A DNA stretch of 64,000 nucleotides from Candidatus Binataceae bacterium (GTDB taxonomy: Bacteria > Desulfobacterota > Binatia > Binatales > Binataceae): NCBI GenBank assembly GCA_963803045.1, contig CAWDLC010000014.1, positions 50,003 to 114,002 of the forward strand, given 5' to 3'. The notes below the pieces were generated by a model, which was not told the DNA's origin, did no database searches, and saw only the letters and a list, made by a program, of their open reading frames with translations. Positions 46,822-55,900 of this stretch are shown piece by piece. A program made the position numbers and the translations under genes. How positions within the stretch are numbered: the first letter of the stretch is position 1; every line of letters starts with the position of its first letter.

Positions 46822-47730
46822 ATGGCAGCCACGCACCACGGCGCACTTCGCGAGCCGACGGACTTCGGCAGGCGCGAGTTTCGTGGGGCACTGGTCAATG
46901 TGACCAACGTCTGCAACCTCGAATGCCGCCACTGCTTCGTTTACCGCGACGGCAATCCCAACCTCGCGCGCGACAAGATGGACGACGCGACCATGCTCCA
47001 TCAGTTGCGCACGCTGCGCGACAAGCACGGCATCAAGTCGATGCTGTTCATGGGCGGCGAGCCCATGATTCGCAAGCGCTTGGTATTCGAGGCGATGAAA
47101 CTGTTCGAGCGCTCCTCGATCGTGACCAACGGGACCTACGGGATTCCGTCCGTTCCCGGCCATCTGGTCACCGTGTCACTCGACGGACCGGAGCGGATCA
47201 ACGATCCGATCCGCGGCGAGGGCGTGTTCCGCAAGGTCAAGGAGGCGATCTTCGCGCGCGATCCTCGCGACGGCACGACCGTCATCATCCAGATGACGAT
47301 CACCAGGGAGAACGCGCCGGGACTGGAGGAATTCGTCGAAGAAGTGAAGGACTGGCCGGTCGACGGCGTCGCAGTCACGTTTCATGTCCCCTCCAAGGGA
47401 GAGCACGGCCCGCTTGCCTGGGATGACCTGCGCGAGCGCGACGCGGTTATCGACCGGGTCATCGCGCTCAAGCGGAAGAACCCGACGCTGGTCAAGAGCA
47501 ACGTCGAGACGCTGGAAATGATGAAGTCCGACCGCGCGCTCAATTACACGGGCGAGCGCGGTGAGCATTGCGCGCTGCGCGCGATGCTGCCGCTTTACAT
47601 GGGCGATGGCGGGAATTTCGAGCGAACCTTCTGCTGCTACGGCAACGATGTCGACTGCGCGCGCTGTGGCGCCTACGGCGTTTTCAACAGCGCGTACCAT
47701 CGGATGAAGGGCGACCACGCGGAAGACTGA
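46822..47730 (+). CDS. radical SAM enzyme with C-terminal Cys cluster (possible auxiliary Fe-S, SPASM/twitch- or HpnH-C-terminal-like)
   Basis: 302 aa from ATG 46822. VNVTNVCNLECRHCFVY is the CxxxCxxC motif, followed by MLFMGGEPM and VSLDGPERINDPIRGEGVF. The C-terminal pattern C-x20-CC-x6-C-x2-C is HCALRAMLPLYMGDGGNFERTFCCYGNDVDCARCGAYG. Confidence 0.8.
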   Translation: MAATHHGALREPTDFGRREFRGALVNVTNVCNLECRHCFVYRDGNPNLARDKMDDATMLHQLRTLRDKHGIKSMLFMGGEPMIRKRLVFEAMKLFERSSIVTNGTYGIPSVPGHLVTVSLDGPERINDPIRGEGVFRKVKEAIFARDPRDGTTVIIQMTITRENAPGLEEFVEEVKDWPVDGVAVTFHVPSKGEHGPLAWDDLRERDAVIDRVIALKRKNPTLVKSNVETLEMMKSDRALNYTGERGEHCALRAMLPLYMGDGGNFERTFCCYGNDVDCARCGAYGVFNSAYHRMKGDHAED

Positions 47731-47771
47731 GGTTCCCTGGGCGCACGTTCGTCAGATCGAGGTTGGAGCAA

Positions 47772-48818
47772 TTGAAGACTGGAATCATCGGCGCACGCGG
47801 CGCCGGGAAATCAACCGTATTTCACGCACTGACAGGACTCGCGCCGATTCCGGGCACGGCCGAGGGCCGCAATCGTGCGCGCCCGGGACAAATCAAGGTC
47901 GCGGATCCGCGTCTCGATTTTCTTGAATCGGCGTACGGTTCGAAGAAAAAGATCCCGGTCGAGCTCACCATCCTCGATTTCGCGCCAAATCCCAAGGAGC
48001 AGAAGGAGGGCGCCGCGCTCGATCCGAGTCTGCTGCCGCTGGTGCGCGACATGGACGCACTGCTGATCGTGATTCCGCAATTCGCCGGCATGGAAAAAGA
48101 TCTGGTCGCGACTCTCGAAAGTATCGAGGGCGAGCTGGTGTTCGCGGACTTCGATCAAGCCGAACGCCGCCTCGAGCGGCTAAAGAAGGAGAAGGGCGGC
48201 AGCGACTTCGAACGCGCGGCGCTCGAGAAAGTGATTGCATGGCTCGGCGACGGCAAAGCACTGAGACTGCTCGAACTGACGGCGCAGGAGACCCAGGCAT
48301 TTTCGAGCTTCGGGTTTCTTTCGCGAAAGCCCGCGCTGGTCACCGTCAACTGCGAGATGGAACGCGCCGCCGCCGATATCACCGACGCCGAGCGTGCCGC
48401 CATCCGCGCGCACGGACTCGAGGTGTTCAGGCTCGCGGCCGCTTTCGAGTCGGAATTATGGGAACTTGACGAGGCCGGCCAAAAGGAGATGCTCAAAGAT
48501 GCGGGACTCGACGCGCCCGCGCGCGATCGGCTGATCGGCGCGCTCTACAATCACCTCGGGCTCATCACCTTCTACACCGCCGCCGAGCCCGAGGCGCATG
48601 CATGGTCGCTCCGCCGCGGCGAGTCGGCGCTCGATGCCGCCGGCGTAATCCACACTGATATCGCGCGTGGATTCATCCGGGCCGAAGTTGTCAGTTACGA
48701 GGATTTTGCCATCCACAAGTCCGACGCGAAGGTCAAAGAGGCCGGCAAACTCAGACTCGAAGGCCGCGACTACGTGATGCGCGACGGCGACATGATTCAC
48801 GTCCGCTTCAAGGTCTGA
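47772..48818 (+). CDS. ychF: YchF/OLA1-family P-loop NTPase
   Basis: TTG start with GGAG 5 nt upstream: (M)KTGIIGARGAGKSTVFHALTG. The C-terminus FYTAAEPEAHAWSLRRGESALDAAGVIHTDIARGFIRAEVVSYEDF...GKLRLEGRDYVMRDGDMIHVRFKV tracks E. coli YchF closely. Confidence 0.9.
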   Translation: MKTGIIGARGAGKSTVFHALTGLAPIPGTAEGRNRARPGQIKVADPRLDFLESAYGSKKKIPVELTILDFAPNPKEQKEGAALDPSLLPLVRDMDALLIVIPQFAGMEKDLVATLESIEGELVFADFDQAERRLERLKKEKGGSDFERAALEKVIAWLGDGKALRLLELTAQETQAFSSFGFLSRKPALVTVNCEMERAAADITDAERAAIRAHGLEVFRLAAAFESELWELDEAGQKEMLKDAGLDAPARDRLIGALYNHLGLITFYTAAEPEAHAWSLRRGESALDAAGVIHTDIARGFIRAEVVSYEDFAIHKSDAKVKEAGKLRLEGRDYVMRDGDMIHVRFKV

Positions 48819-48849
48819 CCCGGCTGCGCGGCGATGCGCCGGGCCAGCT

Positions 48850-49215
48850 CTATTCGGAATTCTTCCCCTTCCAAGTCCGCGCGGCCAGATCTATCTCACC
48901 CTCGCTTGCGATTCGGCGCCCATCGGAGATCTGGATAATGGACGCCGTGGACCACCGGTGCTTGCCCTTGCTCTCGTAGGTCCCTTGACCGATGCCGCTG
49001 AGAGCCTCGCCGTTTTCGAGGAATGCCTGCCCGACCAAACTGAAGGTCCCGTCCTTGGTGCCGCCTATGAAGGTGGCCGTTTCGTAGACCGCTCCAAATC
49101 CGGTCGCCGTTCCTTCGAAATTGACCTGGGTGAGAATGCTACCGGCAGGTCCGGCCGCGTTGGTAATAGTGATCATCTTCAGTGAGAATTCCCCGATTGG
49201 TTTAGCAGATGCCAT
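48850..49215 (-). CDS. hypothetical protein
   Basis: ATG 49215 with GAGGAG upstream; 121 aa beginning MASAKPIGEFSLKMITITNAAGPAGSILTQVNFEGTATGFG... Confidence 0.55.
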   Translation of the reverse strand: MASAKPIGEFSLKMITITNAAGPAGSILTQVNFEGTATGFGAVYETATFIGGTKDGTFSLVGQAFLENGEALSGIGQGTYESKGKHRWSTASIIQISDGRRIASEGEIDLAARTWKGKNSE

Positions 49216-49623
49216 TTGGTCTCCTCGTTCGCCAAAAGTTTGTTGTGCTGCCGCGAATTTTTGAGGAACCATCATTAGAAAAAAAGCATGCGGAAGTCAA
49301 ACCATTTAATAGTCATCAAATGAAATTTGCTTGTTGCATTCCGCGCGGCACGAGCCCATGCGAGGCGAAATAGCCTGTTTGCCGACAGGAGCAGACCGGG
49401 CGCTGCCGACGGCGCGCCTCGGCGACGCAAACTACGCTGGTGCGGCGGGAAAGTTGCCGGCGCAGAGCGACTCGTTGGACCTGCGAGGCGCATCCGCGCC
49501 GGCTTCGGACACGGGACCTTCTCTTGCGATCGCGCTTGGGGTGCAAAGACCCCCATCACACGATACTCCGCCTACAATATTCCGGGATCCGGGATATGTA
49601 AACGATTCACACTTGCACTCTGT

Positions 49624-49676
49624 GGAAAAAACAAAGGCGCGGAGCGCCACGGCGACTAACCGTCTTGCTCCGCGCC
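49624..49676 (-). terminator. Rho-independent terminator candidate for the DUF1329 gene
   Basis: On the minus strand: GGCGCGGAGC-N21-GCTCCGCGCC (10-bp stem) followed by TTTGTTTTTT, about 40 nt after the stop at 49714. Confidence 0.6.
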
Positions 49677-49713
49677 GGTTTCAGCAATCAATCAGGCTTC
49701 TTAAAGCTTGGGC

Positions 49714-51012
49714 TTAAGGAGCTGCGCCCACCATCGCTTTCACGGTGCAGAAATCCTTATCGACTGCCCCCATGTTGATGTACCAGCATTCACGCTCAGG
49801 CGAGTGCTGGCCGGGCAGGTAACACATTGTCGAGAAGTTACCCTGCGTGTCGATCGAAGCCGTACCCACTATGAACTCCCGATTGAACGGGTAGACCGCA
49901 ATGCGGGCATCCGGCACCGGGCGGTCACGATAGGCCAGCCAGTAGATGTGCGTGCGCCACAAATGGCCCCTCTGGTCGTACATGTCGACGTACGGCTCGA
50001 ACCATACTTCTCCGTCCAGATAGATGTCGGTCTGCTGGTCGAGCGCACCGGAATTGTTCGTATCGCGCCGGGGTGTCGCCTCGACGATGTACGTGTGGCG
50101 CAGCTCCCAAGCCTCGGGGCATGCGGTCGCACCGCCATCGTAGGGACAGGTCTCTTCGGGCGAATGCTCCGCGTGCACGCTCGCGAGCATCTGCTTCTCG
50201 CCCAGGAATTTGTAGTTGTACTGCTCGGTCTTGGGGTTGAAGCCTGAATAGTGATCAGGATCGTAGCTCTGCGCACCGGTGGCGCTGGAGAGCATCGCCT
50301 CGTTCAGGCGCCGCACACGACGGGTGCCGGGCGTCCAATCCCAGCTGTCATCGCCGCGGTTCGGATCCGCGTAGCGATAGCGGATCAGGCCCTGGCCGCG
50401 CGCTTCCTGCGGTGAAAGCACGGGGTACAGACCGAACAACCACAGGCGCCCCGACTGCTTGAAGTCCGGATCGACCGGCAGCGGCTCGACCTCGGTCCGT
50501 CCGACGAGGTTGTATCCGGCGTAATGACCGATCTGGATGTCGTCGATCATGCGCTGTTCCTGGCCCGGACGAACGTACTCGCTCTGGCAATCGTAGAAGC
50601 GCAGGTCGTAGTCATCGCTCTGGATGGGCCGGAACACGTTGTTCCAGATGATTTTCGTCCCCACGTAGGGGTCGTTCGGATCGATCAATGGAAACGGCTG
50701 GCCGGCGATGTAGCCGATTATGCTGCGATGATCATCAGTGAGCCGCACCTGCTGGGAATACTTTTCCGTCGCGGCCTTGTAAGGCGGCGGCCAATCGACC
50801 CGCTGGGTCGGGACGATGTCCATCCGCATTCCATGAGTCACCGAGTAAAATACCCCGGGCGAGACCAGGTCTTTGACCTGTGCCGCGTTTTGGGGTGTTA
50901 CGACGTCACCTGGTTTCACTGTCGCGTTTGCTGATGCCACGATGAAACACAACCCGAGCGTTAGCGTCCCCACGCTCAACAACTTCTTCCACAAGGCACG
51001 CCTTAAAAACAT
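49714..51012 (-). CDS. DUF1329 domain protein (LolA-like periplasmic/outer-membrane-associated)
   Basis: 432 aa with a signal peptide. GQPFPLIDPND...KIIWNNVFRP, WTPGTRRVRRLNE, YNYKFLGEKQMLASVH and WELRHTYIVEATPR match my recollection of the DUF1329 pattern. Confidence 0.7.
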   Translation of the reverse strand: MFLRRALWKKLLSVGTLTLGLCFIVASANATVKPGDVVTPQNAAQVKDLVSPGVFYSVTHGMRMDIVPTQRVDWPPPYKAATEKYSQQVRLTDDHRSIIGYIAGQPFPLIDPNDPYVGTKIIWNNVFRPIQSDDYDLRFYDCQSEYVRPGQEQRMIDDIQIGHYAGYNLVGRTEVEPLPVDPDFKQSGRLWLFGLYPVLSPQEARGQGLIRYRYADPNRGDDSWDWTPGTRRVRRLNEAMLSSATGAQSYDPDHYSGFNPKTEQYNYKFLGEKQMLASVHAEHSPEETCPYDGGATACPEAWELRHTYIVEATPRRDTNNSGALDQQTDIYLDGEVWFEPYVDMYDQRGHLWRTHIYWLAYRDRPVPDARIAVYPFNREFIVGTASIDTQGNFSTMCYLPGQHSPERECWYINMGAVDKDFCTVKAMVGAAP

Positions 51013-51041
51013 TCTTGGGAAACCTCTTGGCGGCTGCGAAA

Positions 51042-51055
51042 GGGCAGGCCTGCCC
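51042..51055. repeat. loop-less GC palindrome GGGCAGG|CCTGCCC
   Basis: 14-bp perfect palindrome between the macB stop and the DUF1329 start. Its composition is related to the family A hairpins. Confidence 0.5.
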
Positions 51056-51148
51056 GAATTACCGGACTAGTCAAGCACATGCCTTCGGACGAAACAAGAA
51101 GGCACAATAGCTTATCTAAAAGTAATGTGCGGAAACTTTATCGTTCGG

Positions 51149-53281
51149 CTATTCGTAGCGTAGAGCGTCGATCGGGTGCAGCAGGCTCGCTTTGCGCGCG
51201 GGGTAATAGCCGAAGAATACTCCCACCGCCGCCGAAAAGACGAAACCGCCCACCATCGCTACCGGCGAGACCAGCGTCGGCCATTGCGCCAGCGCTGAAA
51301 TCAGCTTCGACACCAGTATGCCCAGGATTATCCCCGCGAACCCGCCCATCAACGACAGCAGCATCGCCTCCACCAGGAACTGCAGCATGATATGGATGCG
51401 GCGCGCGCCGATCGCCATGCGGATTCCTATCTCGCGCGTGCGCTCCGTCACCGATACCAGCATGATGTTCATGATGCCGATTCCGCCCACCAGCAGCGAG
51501 ATCGACGCCACTGCCAAAAGCAGCATCGTCATCACCTGCGTGGCGCCCTCGGACGCCGCCGCTATTTCGCTTAGATCGCGCACCGTGAAGTCGTCGTCCT
51601 GTTTCGGCTGGATGTGATGGCGCTCGTGCAACGTGCGCGTGATTTGCGAAACCGCGTTGTCCACCTGGTCGGAACTGCTTGCCTTGATGAACATCACATT
51701 GACGACGCCGGTGATTTTTGGCGCGCTGGTCGTTTCGGTGCTCGAGCTGTAAACCGAATTGGTCGTCGGTACCGACGCGTAAGGGTTGGTCGCGCTCGCC
51801 GTGGCTACCGCCGCGGGCGACGAAGCTGTCGCCGACGGCGCCGACACGCCCAGCACTTTGCGCTCTGCGGTGTTGAACGGGACGATTACCACGTCGTCCT
51901 GGTCCTGCCCGTAACTCGACTGTCCCTTGACCGACAGCACGCCGATTACTCTCATCGGGGAGTTTTTCACCCGGATCGTCGCGCCGACCGGATTCTGTCC
52001 CTCGCCGAACAGATTGTTCACCACCGTCTGTCCAAGCAGGCATACTGCCGCGCCCGCCTTCTCTTCCGAGTCGGTGAAGATGCGGCCGATCGATGGCGGC
52101 CAGTCTCGGATCGCAAAATAACTCGGCGTCGTCCCCTGAATGTTGGTGCTCCAGTTGCGATTTCCCGAGACCACCTGCGCCACCTGCCGATCCATGTACG
52201 TCACCAGCGCCACCGGCCCTCCGGCATGCGCAAGCGCCTGCGCATCGCCGACCGTAAGCGTGGAATTGCTGCCCAGCCCTGCGCGCACGCCGTTGGCGGT
52301 GGTCGCGCCCGGCACCACTATCAGCAGGTTGGTGCCGAGGCTGTTGATTTGTGCCTCGACCGACGATTTTGCTCCGTCGCCCACCGCCACCATCGTGATC
52401 ACCGCCGCGACGCCGATGAAAATACCCAGCATCGTGAGCGCTGCGCGCAGCTTGTTGCGCTTGATCGCGCGACCCGCCGCCACCACCGCCATGCTGGCAA
52501 ACGTCCACGCCTCGTCCGCGAGCGATCCCGCTCGATCCGCCGCCTCCGTCGCCGGCGCCGCCACATTGCCGCCGGCGCCACCACGCGCGCCGGCGCCGTC
52601 TTTTCGCGTATCCGAGATGATCACGCCGTCGCGAAACGTGACGATCCGGTCCGCGTAAGCCGCCACGTCCGGATCGTGCGTCACCACGATCACCGTGATT
52701 CCCTGTTCGCGATTGAGCTTGGTCAGCACGTCCATTATCTCGGCCGAGTTGGTCGAGTCGAGATTGCCGGTCGGCTCGTCGGCGAGCAGGATCGACGGGC
52801 GATTGACCAGCGCGCGCGCGATCGCCACGCGTTGCTGCTCCCCGCCCGAGAGTTGATTGGGATGGCTCTGCTCGCGGCCCGCCAGCCCGACCAGTTTCAC
52901 CAGGTCGGCGGCGCGATTCTCTCCGTCAGAAGTCCACGCCGAATAGAACAGCGGCAGCTCGACGTTCTCCAGCGCCGAGGTTCGCGACAGCAGGTTGAAG
53001 TTCTGAAACACGAAGCCGATTCGACGGCTCCGGATCGTCGCCAGCTCCGACTCGTTCAGTTGCGCGACGTCCTCGCCCTCCAGGAAGTAGCGTCCGCTGG
53101 TGGACCGGTCCAGGCATCCCACCATGTTCATCAGCGTCGATTTGCCCGACCCCGACGCACCCATCACTGCGACGAACTCGCCGCGCTCGATCTTCAGGTT
53201 GACGCCACGCAGCGCGCGAACCTCGACCTCGCCAAGCACGTAGGTCTTGGTCAAATCGACCAGTTCAATCACGCTGTTCAT
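51149..53281 (-). CDS. macB: MacB-type ABC transporter (fused ATPase + FtsX permease)
   Basis: 710 aa. N-terminal ABC motifs are [24 protein letters not shown] and [13 protein letters not shown] Gly/Ala-rich linker follows, then a MacB periplasmic domain and an FtsX-type 4-TM permease. Confidence 0.85.
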   Translation of the reverse strand: MNSVIELVDLTKTYVLGEVEVRALRGVNLKIERGEFVAVMGASGSGKSTLMNMVGCLDRSTSGRYFLEGEDVAQLNESELATIRSRRIGFVFQNFNLLSRTSALENVELPLFYSAWTSDGENRAADLVKLVGLAGREQSHPNQLSGGEQQRVAIARALVNRPSILLADEPTGNLDSTNSAEIMDVLTKLNREQGITVIVVTHDPDVAAYADRIVTFRDGVIISDTRKDGAGARGGAGGNVAAPATEAADRAGSLADEAWTFASMAVVAAGRAIKRNKLRAALTMLGIFIGVAAVITMVAVGDGAKSSVEAQINSLGTNLLIVVPGATTANGVRAGLGSNSTLTVGDAQALAHAGGPVALVTYMDRQVAQVVSGNRNWSTNIQGTTPSYFAIRDWPPSIGRIFTDSEEKAGAAVCLLGQTVVNNLFGEGQNPVGATIRVKNSPMRVIGVLSVKGQSSYGQDQDDVVIVPFNTAERKVLGVSAPSATASSPAAVATASATNPYASVPTTNSVYSSSTETTSAPKITGVVNVMFIKASSSDQVDNAVSQITRTLHERHHIQPKQDDDFTVRDLSEIAAASEGATQVMTMLLLAVASISLLVGGIGIMNIMLVSVTERTREIGIRMAIGARRIHIMLQFLVEAMLLSLMGGFAGIILGILVSKLISALAQWPTLVSPVAMVGGFVFSAAVGVFFGYYPARKASLLHPIDALRYE

Positions 53282-53296
53282 CGGATAACCGCGCCC

Positions 53297-54523
53297 CTAG
53301 TGGGGCATATGGATCATCCCGGTCATTCCGCCGCCGTGCGACGAAGATGATCCCCCGCCATGCGATCCGGCGCTGCGAACTTCGTCGGTCACCACGCGAT
53401 CTCCCGCGTGCACGTCGCCCTCGGCGACTTCGACCCACGATCCGTCGCTGAGCCCGGTGGTGATCGTCACCGGTGTGACTTTGCGGTTCTCGAGAACCCA
53501 GACTCGTGTCTGGCGGCCTGGCACTCCGTCAAGCGCCGCGGAATCCGCCGGCGGTTCTCCGGGTGGCGCAAAACGCAGCGCGTCGATCGGAACGCGCACC
53601 GCCTTGTCGCGTGACGCCGTCACGACGTTCACATTCGCCGTCATCCCCGGTTTCAGCAACAGCTCGGGATTTTCCACCGCCACCACCACGTCGTAGGTCA
53701 CCACGTTTTGAACCGTGATCGGAGCCTGCCGAACCTGGCTCACCACGCCCGCGAAATCGCGGTCGGGAAACGCGTCCACCCGAAACGTCGCCTTCTGACC
53801 TTGCCGCACGTAGCCGATATCGGACTCACTGACGTTCGAGTCCACCTGCATCTTGGTCAGGTCCTTCGCGATCAGAAACAGCGTCGGCGTCTGAAAGCTC
53901 GCCGCCACCGTCTGCCCGACGTCCACGTTGCGCGAGACCACCGTGCCGTCAACCGGCGACACGATATTGGTGTAATTCAGGTTGACTTCGGCCGCTTTCA
54001 CATTGGCCGTCTGCTGCTGGATACTGGCGTGATCGAGCTTGATCTGCGCGATATCCATCTGCCATGCGCTGTACGCCGAATCCAGCGTGTCCTTCGAGAC
54101 CGCGTTGGCCTTGTACAGCGCCAGGTTGCGATCGTAGGTGACTTTCTTGTAGTTGAGGTCGGCGGTATCCTTGCCCAGCTGTGCTATCGAGTTCGCCAGC
54201 GTCGCACGCGCAATATCGACCGTCACCTGGTAGGTACTTGGGTCAATTTTCGCGATTAACTGCCCCTTCGTCACCGGCGCATTGTAGTCTTTATAAATTG
54301 CGATGATCGGTCCCGACACGTAAGTGCCGAGCTGCACCGTGATCACCGGATTGACCGTTCCAGTCGCCGTGACCGAGCGCACGATCGGCCCTTCTGTGGC
54401 CCTGGCGGTAACGATCCGGGTCGCGGACGAATTCCCGGCAAGGAAATACCAGCCAACTGCGACGACCGCGACCGCGCCGATCGCAAGCATCCACGCGCTA
54501 TTTTTCATGCTGGACAATTTCAT
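53297..54523 (-). CDS. macA: MacA/HlyD-family periplasmic adaptor with His/Met-rich C-terminal tail
   Basis: 408 aa: TM anchor, coiled-coil hairpin, and the tail ...SAGSHGGGSSSSHGGGMTGMIHMPH. Confidence 0.85.
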   Translation of the reverse strand: MKLSSMKNSAWMLAIGAVAVVAVGWYFLAGNSSATRIVTARATEGPIVRSVTATGTVNPVITVQLGTYVSGPIIAIYKDYNAPVTKGQLIAKIDPSTYQVTVDIARATLANSIAQLGKDTADLNYKKVTYDRNLALYKANAVSKDTLDSAYSAWQMDIAQIKLDHASIQQQTANVKAAEVNLNYTNIVSPVDGTVVSRNVDVGQTVAASFQTPTLFLIAKDLTKMQVDSNVSESDIGYVRQGQKATFRVDAFPDRDFAGVVSQVRQAPITVQNVVTYDVVVAVENPELLLKPGMTANVNVVTASRDKAVRVPIDALRFAPPGEPPADSAALDGVPGRQTRVWVLENRKVTPVTITTGLSDGSWVEVAEGDVHAGDRVVTDEVRSAGSHGGGSSSSHGGGMTGMIHMPH

Positions 54524-54645
54524 GGGTGATGCTCAATTATTATAACCATCATTCATCGGTTTCCAACGAAAGAAGAAAAACGAACAGTGGACTATCGCCT
54601 ATTAGACGTAGCTCCGCCGCGGAAGTTTCGAGAAGGTTGACCGCC

Positions 54646-55827
54646 ATGGCCGAACAGCCGCCGCCCTTGGCGGGAATAAAAGTCGTCGATCTGACCAGGT
54701 ATCTCGCCGGTCCGTTCTGCACGCAAATCCTCGGCGATTACGGCGCCGAGATTCTCAAGATCGAACCGGTCGAAAGTCCGCGCAGCGAGCTGGGAAAAGG
54801 TCCCGACGACTACTTCTTTCTCTGCGTCAATCGATCCAAGAAAAGTCTGCGGCTCGCGATCAAAAAACCGGAGGGCCGCGAAATCCTGATGCGCCTGATT
54901 GACGCCGCCGACGTGGTCGTGGACAATTTCCGGCCCGGCGTCATGCAAGCGCTCGACCTCGGCTACGAAACGCTCGCGAGGCGCAATCCGCGCATCATCA
55001 CCTGCTCCATCTCGGGCTTCGGCTCGACCGGCCCGCTGCGCGATTTCCCCGGCTTCGATCAGATCGCGCAGGGGATGTCGGGCCTGATGAGCGTGACGGG
55101 AACCGTCGAGAGCGGGCCGACCCGGGTCGGCATCGCCATCTGCGATCTGCTCGCCGGAATTTTTTCTGCCCAAGGCATCCTGCTCGCGCTTGAGGCGCGC
55201 CATCGCGACGGCCGCGGCCAGCGCGTCGAGACCTCGCTGCTCGAATCCATCGTCAGCATCCTGACCTGGTCGGCGGGAATTTATTTCGAAACCGGCAAGA
55301 CTCCCGCGCCCGCCGGCAATCATCATCCGCTGGTGTCGCCGCACGGCTTGTTCGATGCGTCCGATCGGCCGTTCAACCTCGCATGCGGGAACGAAGTGAT
55401 GTGGCAAAAGCTGGTCGCTGCCATCGGACGGCCGGAACTTGCTGCCGACGAACGATTCAACAGCAACGGGCGGCGCCTGAAAAATCGCGCCGCATTGACC
55501 TTGGAAATAAATCGCGCGCTCGCCCCGCACCCCGCCGCGCATTGGATTCAATTGTTCAATCGCGAGGGCATCCCGTCGGGGCCGATTCTCACCGTCGAGG
55601 AAATCCTCACGCATCCGCAGACCGCCGCGCGCGCGATGCTTGTAAAGCTGCCGCATCCCGAACTCGGCGAGTACCAGACCACCGGGCTGGCCGCCAAGCT
55701 CGAGGCGACGCCGGGCAGGATCACGCGCCCGCCGCTAGTCGGCGAGCACACCGACCAGGTGCTCGCCGCGCACGGCTATTCGCCCGACGATTTGAAACGC
55801 CTGCGCACCTCCGGCACGATCGCATAA
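54646..55827 (+). CDS. family III CoA-transferase (CaiB/BaiF), canonical architecture
   Basis: 393 aa from the internal ATG: MAEQPPPLAGIKVVDLTRYLAGPFCTQILGDYGAEILKIEP..., with the signature at the N-terminus. Confidence 0.85.
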   Translation: MAEQPPPLAGIKVVDLTRYLAGPFCTQILGDYGAEILKIEPVESPRSELGKGPDDYFFLCVNRSKKSLRLAIKKPEGREILMRLIDAADVVVDNFRPGVMQALDLGYETLARRNPRIITCSISGFGSTGPLRDFPGFDQIAQGMSGLMSVTGTVESGPTRVGIAICDLLAGIFSAQGILLALEARHRDGRGQRVETSLLESIVSILTWSAGIYFETGKTPAPAGNHHPLVSPHGLFDASDRPFNLACGNEVMWQKLVAAIGRPELAADERFNSNGRRLKNRAALTLEINRALAPHPAAHWIQLFNREGIPSGPILTVEEILTHPQTAARAMLVKLPHPELGEYQTTGLAAKLEATPGRITRPPLVGEHTDQVLAAHGYSPDDLKRLRTSGTIA

Positions 55828-55853
55828 TCCCCAAACCCTCTTAATTTGGATCC

Positions 55854-55876
55854 CCGAAACCCACACTGGGTTTCGG
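55854..55876. repeat. palindromic hairpin CCGAAACCCA-CAC-TGGGTTTCGG (family B, copy 1); likely bidirectional terminator
   Basis: 10-bp perfect stem between convergent genes (stops at 55827 and 55901). It shares the GAAACCCA/TGGGTTTC core with 63038-63062. Confidence 0.75.
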
Positions 55877-55900
55877 CTTGCGAACTCCCATTGCCGCAGA

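Noticed and set aside
49216-49713. A riboswitch (cobalamin, glycine, SAM) or another known ncRNA (RNase P, SRP, tmRNA, 6S) in the long non-coding stretch.
   Set aside because: None of the conserved cores I can recall for these families (for example the B12 box or the GGAGAG/ACCGAAGG glycine motifs) is present on either strand.
51614-53350. 578-aa ORF antisense to macB.
   Set aside because: It is a shadow ORF; the opposite strand carries Walker A/B, the ABC signature and FtsX permease motifs.
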